Both the position numbers and the translations under genes were made by a program. From assembly GCA_964057225.1 (NCBI GenBank), contig OZ059895.1, positions 22,134,001 to 22,198,000 of the forward strand: a stretch of 64,000 bases of DNA. The letters are read 5' to 3'. The DNA is from Auanema rhodensis (Eukaryota; Animalia; Nematoda). The first letter of the stretch is position 1. The number at the start of each line of letters is the position of its first letter. The notes below the pieces were generated by a model that searched no databases, was not told the origin of the DNA, and worked only from the letters and a program-made list of their open reading frames with translations. This document shows positions 1 through 13,000 of the stretch, one piece after another.

Positions 1-176
1 CATATTAGTCTAAAAACGAATTTTTATTGATATTGATGCATGGTAACCATGACTTTGAAATTTACGTGAACTTTAATTTATGCTAATTAAGTGTACACAT
101 GATGTGCGCTTGGTATGTAACTCGCTTCACGTGAAAGATAAAGAGATGCGGTTTTCAAAATTAGATTCCCCATTTC
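1..176 (+). repeat. Reference monomer (arbitrary phase, defines the monomer positions used below)
   Basis: First full period; the next CATATTAGTC starts at 177. Confidence 0.98.
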
Positions 177-220
177 CATATTAGTCTAAAAACAAATTTT
201 TATTGATATTGGTGCATGGC

Positions 221-3200
221 AACCATGACTTTAAAATTTACGTGAACTTTAATTTATGCTAATTAAGTGTACACATGATGTGCACTTGGTATGTAACTCG
301 CTTCACGTCAAAGATAAAGAGATGCGGTTTTCAAAATTAGATTCCCTATGTCCATATTAGTCTAAAAACAAATTTTTATTAATATTGGTGCATGGTAACC
401 ATGACTTTGAAATTTACGTGAACTTTAATTTATGCTAATTAAGTGTACACATGATGTGCACTTGGTATGTAACTCGCTTCACGTGAAAGATGAAGAGATG
501 CGGTTTTCAAAATTAGATTCCTCATGTCCATATTAGTCTAAAAACAAATTTTTATTAATATTGGTGCATGGTAACCATGACTTTGAAATTTACGTGAACT
601 TTAATTTATGCTAATTAAGTGTACACATGATGTGCACTTGGTATGTAACTCGCTTCACGTGAAAGATGAAGAGATGCGGTTTTCAAAATTAGATTCCTCA
701 TGTCCATATTAGTCTAAAAACGAATTTTTATTGATATTGGTGCATGGTAACCATGACTTTGAAATTTACGTGAACTTTAATTTATGCTAATTAAGTGTAC
801 ACATGATGTGCACTTGGTATGTAACTCGCTTCACGTGAAAGATGAAGAGATGCGGTTTTCAAAATTAGATTCCCCATTTCCATATTAGTCTAAAAACAAA
901 TTTTTATTGATATGGGTGCATGGTAACCATGACTTTGAAATTTACGTGAACTTTAATTTATGCTAATTAAGTGTACACATGATGTGCGCTTGGTATGTAA
1001 CTCGCTTCACGTGAAAGATAAAGAGATGCGGTTTTCAAAATTAGATTCCCCATTTCCATGTTAGTCTAAAAACAAATTTTTATTGATATTGGTGCATGGC
1101 AACCATGACTTTAAAATTTACGTGAACTTTAATTTATGCTAATTAAGTGTACACATGATGTGCACTTGGTATGTAACTCGCTTCACGTGAAAGACAAAGA
1201 GATGCGGTTTTCAAAATTAGATTCCCCATTTCCATGTTAGTCTAAAAACAAATTTTTATTGATATTGGTGCATGGCAACCATGACTTTAAAATTTACGTG
1301 AACTTTAATTTATGCTAATTAAGTGTACACATGATGTGCGCTTGGTATGTAACTCGCTTCACGTGAAAGATAAAGAGATGCGGTTTTCAAAATTAGATTC
1401 CCCATTTCCATGTTAGTCTAAAAACAAATTTTTATTGATATTGGTGCATGGCAACCATGACTTTAAAATTTACGTGAACTTTAATTTATGCTAATTAAGT
1501 GTACACATGATGTGCACTTGGTATGTAACTCGCTTCACGTCAAAGATAAAGAGATGCGGTTTTCAAAATTAGATTCCCCATGTCCATATTAGTCTAAAAA
1601 CAAATTTTTATCGATATTGGTGCATGGTAACCATGACTTTGAAATTTACGTGAACTTTAATTTATGCTAATTAAGTGTACACATGATGTGCACTTGGTAT
1701 GTAACTCGCTTCACGTCAAAGATAAAGAGATGCGGTTTTCAAAATTAGATTCCCTATGTCCATATTAGTCTAAAAACAAATTTTTATTAATATTGGTGCA
1801 TGGTAACCATGACTTTGAAATTTACGTGAACTTTAATTTATGCTAATTAAGTGTACACATGATGTGCACTTGGTATGTAACTCGCTTCACGTGAAAGATG
1901 AAGAGATGCGGTTTTCAAAATTAGATTCCTCATGTCCATATTAGTCTAAAAACGAATTTTTATCGATATTGGTGCATGGTAACCATGACTTTAAAATTTA
2001 CGTGAACTTTAATTTATGCTAATTAAGTGTACACATGATGTGCACTTGGTATGTAACTCGCTTCACGTCAAAGATAAAGAGATGCGGTTTTCAAAATTAG
2101 ATTCCCTATGTCCATATTAGTCTAAAAACAAATTTTTATTAATATTGGTGCATGGTAACCATGACTTTGAAATTTACGTGAACTTTAATTTATGCTAATT
2201 AAGTGTACACATGATGTGCACTTGGTATGTAACTCGCTTCACGTGAAAGATGAAGAGATGCGGTTTTCAAAATTAGATTCCTCATGTCCATATTAGTCTA
2301 AAAACAAATTTTTATTAATATTGGTGCATGGTAACCATGACTTTGAAATTTACGTGAACTTTAATTTATGCTAATTAAGTGTACACATGATGTGCACTTG
2401 GTATGTAACTCGCTTCACGTGAAAGATGAAGAGATGCGGTTTTCAAAATTAGATTCCTCATGTCCATATTAGTCTAAAAACGAATTTTTATTGATATTGG
2501 TGCATGGTAACCATGACTTTGAAATTTACGTGAACTTTAATTTATGCTAATTAAGTGTACACATGATGTGCACTTGGTATGTAACTCGCTTCACGTGAAA
2601 GATGAAGAGATGCGGTTTTCAAAATTAGATTCCCCATTTCCATATTAGTCTAAAAACAAATTTTTATTGATATGGGTGCATGGTAACCATGACTTTGAAA
2701 TTTACGTGAACTTTAATTTATGCTAATTAAGTGTACACATGATGTGCGCTTGGTATGTAACTCGCTTCACGTGAAAGATAAAGAGATGCGGTTTTCAAAA
2801 TTAGATTCCCCATTTCCATGTTAGTCTAAAAACAAATTTTTATTGATATTGGTGCATGGCAACCATGACTTTAAAATTTACGTGAACTTTAATTTATGCT
2901 AATTAAGTGTACACATGATGTGCACTTGGTATGTAACTCGCTTCACGTGAAAGACAAAGAGATGCGGTTTTCAAAATTAGATTCCCCATTTCCATGTTAG
3001 TCTAAAAACAAATTTTTATTGATATTGGTGCATGGCAACCATGACTTTAAAATTTACGTGAACTTTAATTTATGCTAATTAAGTGTACACATGATGTGCG
3101 CTTGGTATGTAACTCGCTTCACGTGAAAGATAAAGAGATGCGGTTTTCAAAATTAGATTCCCCATTTCCATGTTAGTCTAAAAACAAATTTTTATTGATA

Positions 3201-3371
3201 TTGGTGCATGGCAACCATGACTTTAAAATTTACGTGAACTTTAATTTATGCTAATTAAGTGTACACATGATGTGCACTTGGTATGTAACTCGCTTCACGT
3301 CAAAGATAAAGAGATGCGGTTTTCAAAATTAGATTCCCCATGTCCATATTAGTCTAAAAACAAATTTTTAT
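221..3371 (+). repeat. Block duplication with 10-monomer offset (1760 bp): about 221-1611 vs about 1981-3371
   Basis: The rare variant AAGACAAAGA occurs only at 1191 and 2951. TATGGG occurs at 911 and 2671, and the intervening variant order is the same. Confidence 0.85.
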
Positions 3372-6300
3372 TAATATTGGTGCATGGTAACCATGATTTT
3401 GAAATTTACGTGAACTTTAATTTATGCTAATTAAGTGTACACATGATGTGCACTTGGTATGTAACTCGCTTCACGTGAAAGATGAAGAGATGCGGTTTTC
3501 AAAATTAGATTCCTCATGTCCATATTAGTCTAAAAACGAATTTTTATCGATATTGGTGCATGGTAACCATGACTTTGAAATTTACGTGAACTTTAATTTA
3601 TGCTAATTAAGTGTACACATGATGTGCACTTGGTATGTAACTCGCTTCACGTGAAAGATAAAGAGATGCGGTTTTCAAAATTAGATTCCCCATTTCCATG
3701 TTAGTCTAAAAACAAATTTTCATTGATATTGGTGCATGGTAACCATGACTTTGAAATTTACGTGAACTTTAATTTATGCTAATTAAGTGTACACATGATG
3801 TGAACTTGGTATGTAACTCGCTTCACGTGAAAGATGAAGAGATGCGGTTTTCAAAATTAGATTCCTCATGTCCATATTAGTCTAAAAACGAATTTTTATC
3901 GATATTGGTGCATGGTAACCATGACTTTGAAATTTACGTGAACTTTAATTTATGCTAATTAAGTGTACACATGATGTGCGCTTGGTATGTAACTCGCTTC
4001 ACGTGAAAGATAAAGAGATGCGGTTTTCAAAATTAGATTCCCCATTTCCATATTAGTCTAAAAACAAATTTTTATTGATATTGGTGCATGGCAACCATGA
4101 CTTTAAAATTTACGTGAACTTTAATTTATGCTAATTAAGTGTACACATGATGTGCACTTGGTATGTAACTCGCTTCACGTCAAAGATAAAGAGATGCGGT
4201 TTTCAAAATTAGATTCCCCATGTCCATATTAGTCTAAAAACAAATTTTTATTAATATTGGTGCATGGTAACCATGACTTTGAAATTTACGTGAACTTTAA
4301 TTTATGCTAATTAAGTGTACACATGATGTGCACTTGGTATGTAACTCGCTTCACGTGAAAGATGAAGAGATGCGGTTTTCAAAATTAGATTCCTCATGTC
4401 CATATTAGTCTAAAAACGAATTTTTATTGATATTGGTGCATGGTAACCATGACTTTGAAATTTACGTGAACTTTAATTTATGCTAATTAAGTGTACACAT
4501 GATGTGCGCTTGGTATGTAACTCGCTTCACGTGAAAGATAAAGAGATGCGGTTTTCAAAATTAGATTCCCCATTTCCATATTAGTCTAAAAACAAATTTT
4601 TATTGATATTGGTGCATGGCAACCATGACTTTAAAATTTACGTGAACTTTAATTTATGCTAATTAAGTGTACACATGATGTGCACTTGGTATGTAACTCG
4701 CTTCACGTCAAAGATAAAGAGATGCGGTTTTCAAAATTAGATTCCCTATGTCCATATTAGTCTAAAAACAAATTTTTATTAATATTGGTGCATGGTAACC
4801 ATGACTTTGAAATTTACGTGAACTTTAATTTATGCTAATTAAGTGTACACATGATGTGCACTTGGTATGTAACTCGCTTCACGTGAAAGATGAAGAGATG
4901 CGGTTTTCAAAATTAGATTCCTCATGTCCATATTAGTCTAAAAACAAATTTTTATTAATATTGGTGCATGGTAACCATGACTTTGAAATTTACGTGAACT
5001 TTAATTTATGCTAATTAAGTGTACACATGATGTGCACTTGGTATGTAACTCGCTTCACGTGAAAGATGAAGAGATGCGGTTTTCAAAATTAGATTCCTCA
5101 TGTCCATATTAGTCTAAAAACAAATTTTTATTGATATGGGTGCATGGTAACCATGACTTTGAAATTTACGTGAACTTTAATTTATGCTAATTAAGTGTAC
5201 ACATGATGTGCGCTTGGTATGTAACTCGCTTCACGTGAAAGATAAAGAGATGCGGTTTTCAAAATTAGATTCCTCATTTCCATGTTAGTCTAAAAACAAA
5301 TTTTTATTGATATTGGTGCATGGCAACCATGACTTTAAAATTTACGTGAACTTTAATTTATGCTAATTAAGTGTACACATGATGTGCACTTGGTATGTAA
5401 CTCGCTTCACGTCAAAGATAAAGAGATGCGGTTTTCAAAATTAGATTCCTCATGTCCATATTAGTCTAAAAACGAATTTTTATTGATATTGGTGCATGGT
5501 AACCATGACTTTGAAATTTACGTGAACTTTAATTTATGCTAATTAAGTGTACACATGATGTGCACTTGGTATGTAACTCGCTTCACGTGAAAGATGAAGA
5601 GATGCGGTTTTCAAAATTAGATTCCCCATTTCCATATTAGTCTAAAAACAAATTTTTATTGATATGGGTGCATGGTAACCATGACTTTGAAATTTACGTG
5701 AACTTTAATTTATGCTAATTAAGTGTACACATGATGTGCGCTTGGTATGTAACTCGCTTCACGTGAAAGATAAAGAGATGCGGTTTTCAAAATTAGATTC
5801 CCCATTTCCATGTTAGTCTAAAAACAAATTTTTATTGATATTGGTGCATGGCAACCATGACTTTAAAATTTACGTGAACTTTAATTTATGCTAATTAAGT
5901 GTACACATGATGTGCACTTGGTATGTAACTCGCTTCACGTCAAAGATAAAGAGATGCGGTTTTCAAAATTAGATTCCCCATGTCCATATTAGTCTAAAAA
6001 CAAATTTTTATTAATATTGGTGCATGGTAACCATGACTTTGAAATTTACGTGAACTTTAATTTATGCTAATTAAGTGTACACATGATGTGCACTTGGTAT
6101 GTAACTCGCTTCACGTGAAAGATGAAGAGATGCGGTTTTCAAAATTAGATTCCTCATGTCCATATTAGTCTAAAAACGAATTTTTATCGATATTGGTGCA
6201 TGGTAACCATGACTTTGAAATTTACGTGAACTTTAATTTATGCTAATTAAGTGTACACATGATGTGCACTTGGTATGTAACTCGCTTCACGTGAAAGATA

Positions 6301-6881
6301 AAGAGATGCGGTTTTCAAAATTAGATTCCCCATTTCCATGTTAGTCTAAAAACAAATTTTCATTGATATTGGTGCATGGTAACCATGACTTTGAAATTTA
6401 CGTGAACTTTAATTTATGCTAATTAAGTGTACACATGATGTGAACTTGGTATGTAACTCGCTTCACGTGAAAGATGAAGAGATGCGGTTTTCAAAATTAG
6501 ATTCCTCATGTCCATATTAGTCTAAAAACGAATTTTTATCGATATTGGTGCATGGTAACCATGACTTTGAAATTTACGTGAACTTTAATTTATGCTAATT
6601 AAGTGTACACATGATGTGCGCTTGGTATGTAACTCGCTTCACGTGAAAGATAAAGAGATGCGGTTTTCAAAATTAGATTCCCCATTTCCATATTAGTCTA
6701 AAAACAAATTTTTATTGATATTGGTGCATGGCAACCATGACTTTAAAATTTACGTGAACTTTAATTTATGCTAATTAAGTGTACACATGATGTGCACTTG
6801 GTATGTAACTCGCTTCACGTCAAAGATAAAGAGATGCGGTTTTCAAAATTAGATTCCCCATGTCCATATTAGTCTAAAAAC
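3050..6881 (+). repeat. Block duplication of about 7 monomers with 15-monomer offset (2640 bp): about 3050-4241 vs about 5690-6881
   Basis: Shared TTTTCATTGA (C at 3721/6361) and GATGTGAACTT (about 3803/6443), with a matching variant order. One private SNP (CCATGATTTT, about 3397). Confidence 0.75.
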
Positions 6882-7245
6882 GAATTTTTATTGATATTGG
6901 TGCATGGTAACCATGACTTTGAAATTTACGTGAACTTTAATTTATGCTAATTAAGTGTACACATGATGTGCGCTTGGTATGTAACTCGCTTCACGTGAAA
7001 GATAAAGAGATGCGGTTTTCAAAATTAGATTCCCCATTTCCATATTAGTCTAAAAACAAATTTTTATTGATATTGGTGCATGGCAACCATGACTTTAAAA
7101 TTTACGTGAACTTTAATTTATGCTAATTAAGTGTACACATGATGTGCACTTGGTATGTAACTCGCTTCACGTCAAAGATAAAGAGATGCGGTTTTCAAAA
7201 TTAGATTCCCTATGTCCATATTAGTCTAAAAACAAATTTTTATTA

Positions 7246-10029
7246 ATATTGGTGCATGGTAACCATGACTTTGAAATTTACGTGAACTTTAATTTATGCT
7301 AATTAAGTGTACACATGATGTGCACTTGGTATGTAACTCGCTTCACGTGAAAGATGAAGAGATGCGGTTTTCAAAATTAGATTCCTCATGTCCATATTAG
7401 TCTAAAAACAAATTTTTATTAATATTGGTGCATGGTAACCATGACTTTGAAATTTACGTGAACTTTAATTTATGCTAATTAAGTGTACACATGATGTGCA
7501 CTTGGTATGTAACTCGCTTCACGTGAAAGATGAAGAGATGCGGTTTTCAAAATTAGATTCCTCATGTCCATATTAGTCTAAAAACGAATTTTTATTGATA
7601 TTGGTGCATGGTAACCATGACTTTGAAATTTACGTGAACTTTAATTTATGCTAATTAAGTGTACACATGATGTGCACTTGGTATGTAACTCGCTTCACGT
7701 GAAAGATGAAGAGATGCGGTTTTCAAAATTAGATTCCCCATTTCCATATTAGTCTAAAAACAAATTTTTATTGATATGGGTGCATGGTAACCATGACTTT
7801 GAAATTTACGTGAACTTTAATTTATGCTAATTAAGTGTACACATGATGTGCGCTTGGTATGTAACTCGCTTCACGTGAAAGATAAAGAGATGCGGTTTTC
7901 AAAATTAGATTCCCCATTTCCATGTTAGTCTAAAAACAAATTTTTATTGATATTGGTGCATGGCAACCATGACTTTAAAATTTACGTGAACTTTAATTTA
8001 TGCTAATTAAGTGTACACATGATGTGCACTTGGTATGTAACTCGCTTCACGTCAAAGATAAAGAGATGCGGTTTTCAAAATTAGATTCCCCATGTCCATA
8101 TTAGTCTAAAAACAAATTTTTATTAATATTGGTGCATGGTAACCATGACTTTGAAATTTACGTGAACTTTAATTTATGCTAATTAAGTGTACACATGATG
8201 TGCACTTGGTATGTAACTCGCTTCACGTGAAAGATGAAGAGATGCGGTTTTCAAAATTAGATTCCTCATGTCCATATTAGTCTAAAAACGAATTTTTATC
8301 GATATTGGTGCATGGTAACCATGACTTTGAAATTTACGTGAACTTTAATTTATGCTAATTAAGTGTACACATGATGTGCACTTGGTATGTAACTCGCTTC
8401 ACGTGAAAGATAAAGAGATGCGGTTTTCAAAATTAGATTCCCCATTTCCATGTTAGTCTAAAAACAAATTTTCATTGATATTGGTGCATGGTAACCATGA
8501 CTTTGAAATTTACGTGAACTTTAATTTATGCTAATTAAGTGTACACATGATGTGCGCTTGGTATGTAACTCGCTTCACGTGAAAGATAAAGAGATGCGGT
8601 TTTCAAAATTAGATTCCCCATGTCCATATTAGTCTAAAAACGAATTTTTATCGATATTGGTGCATGGTAACCATGACTTTGAAATTTACGTGAACTTTAA
8701 TTTATGCTAATTAAGTGTACACATGATGTGCACTTGGTATGTAACTCGCTTCACGTGAAAGATGAAGAGATGCGGTTTTCAAAATTAGATTCCTCATGTC
8801 CATATTAGTCTAAAAACAAATTTTTATTAATATTGGTGCATGGTAACCATGACTTTGAAATTTACGTGAACTTTAATTTATGCTAATTAAGTGTACACAT
8901 GATGTGCACTTGGTATGTAACTCGCTTCACGTGAAAGATGAAGAGATGCGGTTTTCAAAATTAGATTCCTCATGTCCATATTAGTCTAAAAACGAATTTT
9001 TATTGATATTGGTGCATGGTAACCATGACTTTGAAATTTACGTGAACTTTAATTTATGCTAATTAAGTGTACACATGATGTGCACTTGGTATGTAACTCG
9101 CTTCACGTGAAAGATGAAGAGATGCGGTTTTCAAAATTAGATTCCCCATTTCCATATTAGTCTAAAAACAAATTTTTATTGATATGGGTGCATGGTAACC
9201 ATGACTTTGAAATTTACGTGAACTTTAATTTATGCTAATTAAGTGTACACATGATGTGCGCTTGGTATGTAACTCGCTTCACGTGAAAGATAAAGAGATG
9301 CGGTTTTCAAAATTAGATTCCCCATTTCCATGTTAGTCTAAAAACAAATTTTTATTGATATTGGTGCATGGCAACCATGACTTTAAAATTTACGTGAACT
9401 TTAATTTATGCTAATTAAGTGTACACATGATGTGCACTTGGTATGTAACTCGCTTCACGTCAAAGATAAAGAGATGCGGTTTTCAAAATTAGATTCCCCA
9501 TGTCCATATTAGTCTAAAAACAAATTTTTATTAATATTGGTGCATGGTAACCATGACTTTGAAATTTACGTGAACTTTAATTTATGCTAATTAAGTGTAC
9601 ACATGATGTGCACTTGGTATGTAACTCGCTTCACGTGAAAGATGAAGAGATGCGGTTTTCAAAATTAGATTCCTCATGTCCATATTAGTCTAAAAACGAA
9701 TTTTTATCGATATTGGTGCATGGTAACCATGACTTTGAAATTTACGTGAACTTTAATTTATGCTAATTAAGTGTACACATGATGTGCACTTGGTATGTAA
9801 CTCGCTTCACGTGAAAGATAAAGAGATGCGGTTTTCAAAATTAGATTCCCCATTTCCATGTTAGTCTAAAAACAAATTTTCATTGATATTGGTGCATGGT
9901 AACCATGACTTTGAAATTTACGTGAACTTTAATTTATGCTAATTAAGTGTACACATGATGTGCGCTTGGTATGTAACTCGCTTCACGTGAAAGATAAAGA
10001 GATGCGGTTTTCAAAATTAGATTCCCCAT
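7246..10029 (+). repeat. Near-tandem 8-monomer duplication (1408 bp offset)
   Basis: ATGGG variant at 7778/9186 and TTTTCATT variant at 8473/9881, both exactly 8x176 apart. Confidence 0.8.
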
Positions 10030-13000
10030 TTCCATATTAGTCTAAAAACAAATTTTTATTGATATTGGTGCATGGCAACCATGACTTTAAAATTTACGTG
10101 AACTTTAATTTATGCTAATTAAGTGTACACATGATGTGCACTTGGTATGTAACTCGCTTCACGTCAAAGATAAAGAGATGCGGTTTTCAAAATTAGATTC
10201 CCCATGTCCATATTAGTCTAAAAACAAATTTTTATTAATATTGGTGCATGGTAACCATGACTTTGAAATTTACGTGAACTTTAATTTATGCTAATTAAGT
10301 GTACACATGATGTGCACTTGGTATGTAACTCGCTTCACGTGAAAGATGAAGAGATGCGGTTTTCAAAATTAGATTCCTCATGTCCATATTAGTCTAAAAA
10401 CGAATTTTTATCGATATTGGTGCATGGTAACCATGACTTTGAAATTTACGTGAACTTTAATTTATGCTAATTAAGTGTACACATGATGTGCACTTGGTAT
10501 GTAACTCGCTTCACGTGAAAGATAAAGAGATGCGGTTTTCAAAATTAGATTCCCCATTTCCATGTTAGTCTAAAAACAAATTTTCATTGATATTGGTGCA
10601 TGGTAACCATGACTTTGAAATTTACGTGAACTTTAATTTATGCTAATTAAGTGTACACATGATGTGAACTTGGTATGTAACTCGCTTCACGTGAAAGATG
10701 AAGAGATGCGGTTTTCAAAATTAGATTCCTCATGTCCATATTAGTCTAAAAACGAATTTTTATCGATATTGGTGCATGGTAACCATGACTTTGAAATTTA
10801 CGTGAACTTTAATTTATGCTAATTAAGTGTACACATGATGTGCGCTTGGTATGTAACTCGCTTCACGTGAAAGATAAAGAGATGCGGTTTTCAAAATTAG
10901 ATTCCCCATTTCCATATTAGTCTAAAAACAAATTTTTATTGATATTGGTGCATGGCAACCATGACTTTAAAATTTACGTGAACTTTAATTTATGCTAATT
11001 AAGTGTACACATGATGTGCACTTGGTATGTAACTCGCTTCACGTCAAAGATAAAGAGATGCGGTTTTCAAAATTAGATTCCCCATGTCCATATTAGTCTA
11101 AAAACAAATTTTTATTAATATTGGTGCATGGTAACCATGACTTTGAAATTTACGTGAACTTTAATTTATGCTAATTAAGTGTACACATGATGTGCACTTG
11201 GTATGTAACTCGCTTCACGTGAAAGATGAAGAGATGCGGTTTTCAAAATTAGATTCCTCATGTCCATATTAGTCTAAAAACGAATTTTTATCGATATTGG
11301 TGCATGGTAACCATGACTTTGAAATTTACGTGAACTTTAATTTATGCTAATTAAGTGTACACATGATGTGCACTTGGTATGTAACTCGCTTCACGTGAAA
11401 GATAAAGAGATGCGGTTTTCAAAATTAGATTCCCCATTTCCATGTTAGTCTAAAAACAAATTTTCATTGATATTGGTGCATGGTAACCATGACTTTGAAA
11501 TTTACGTGAACTTTAATTTATGCTAATTAAGTGTACACATGATGTGCGCTTGGTATGTAACTCGCTTCACGTGAAAGATAAAGAGATGCGGTTTTCAAAA
11601 TTAGATTCCCCATTTCCATATTAGTCTAAAAACAAATTTTTATTCATATTGGTGCATGGCAACCATGACTTTAAAATTTACGTGAACTTTAATTTATGCT
11701 AATTAAGTGTACACATGATGTGCACTTGGTATGTAACTCGCTTCACGTCAAAGATAAAGAGATGCGGTTTTCAAAATTAGATTCCCCATGTCCATATTAG
11801 TCTAAAAACAAATTTTTATTAATATTGGTGCATGGTAACCATGACTTTGAAATTTACGTGAACTTTAATTTATGCTAATTAAGTGTACACATGATGTGCA
11901 CTTGGTATGTAACTCGCTTCACGTGAAAGATGAAGAGATGCGGTTTTCAAAATTAGATTCCTCATGTCCATATTAGTCTAAAAACGAATTTTTATTGATA
12001 TTGGTGCATGGTAACCATGACTTTGAAATTTACGTGAACTTTAATTTATGCTTATTAAGTGTACACGTGATGTGCACTTGGTATGTAACTCGCTTCACGT
12101 GAAAGATAAAAGGATGCGGTTTTCAAAATTAGATTCCCCATGTCCATATTAGTCTAAAAACAAATTTTTATTGATATTGGTGCATGGTAACCATGACTTT
12201 GAAATTTACGTGAACTTTAATTTATGCTAATTAAGTGTACACATGATGTGCACTTGGTATGTAACTCGCTTCACGTGAAAGATGAAAAGATGCGGTTTTC
12301 AAAATTAGATTCCCCATGTCCATATTAGTCTAAAAACAAATTTTTATTGATATTGGTGCATGGTAACCATGACTTTGAAATTTACGTGAACTTTAATTTA
12401 TGCTAATTAAGTGTACACATGATGTGAACTTGGTATGTAACTCGCTTCACGTGAAAGATGAAGAGATGCGGTTTTCAAAATTAGATTCCTCATGTCCATA
12501 TTAGTCTAAAAACGAATTTTTATCGATATTGGTGCATGGTAACCATGACTTTGAAATTTACGTGAACTTTAATTTATGCTAATTAAGTGTACACATGATG
12601 TGCGCTTGGTATGTAACTCGCTTCACGTGAAAGATAAAGAGATGCGGTTTTCAAAATTAGATTCCCCATGTCCATATTAGTCTAAAAACAAATTTTTATT
12701 AATATTGGTGCTTGGTAACCATGACTTTGAAATTTACGTGAACTTTAATTTATGCTAATTAAGTGTACACATGATGTGCACTTGGTATGTAACTCGCTTC
12801 ACGTGAAAGATGAAGAGATGCGGTTTTCAAAATTAGATTCCTCATGTCCATATTAGTCTAAAAACGAATTTTTATTCATATTGGTGCATGGTAACCATGA
12901 CTTTGAAATTTACGTGAACTTTAATTTATGCTAATTAAGTGTACACATGATGTGCGCTTGGTATGTAACTCGCTTCACGTGAAAGATAAAGAGATGCGGT

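Noticed and set aside
12-162. Phased A-tract curvature signal
   Set aside because: A/T tracts exist (12-16, 21-25, 54-63, 72-79, 152-162), but I cannot see a sustained 10-bp periodicity by eye. A curvature calculation would be needed.
1-176. Identity with Brassica CentBr (176 bp), Arabidopsis CEN178 or primate alpha satellite
   Set aside because: Only the length is similar. I see none of their recognisable sequence (for example no AAGCTT HindIII site). A database search is needed for a real assignment.
1-176. 5S rDNA, tRNA or snRNA tandem gene array
   Set aside because: The unit is 32% GC with no 5S sequence, cloverleaf or Pol III A/B/C boxes that I can recognise.
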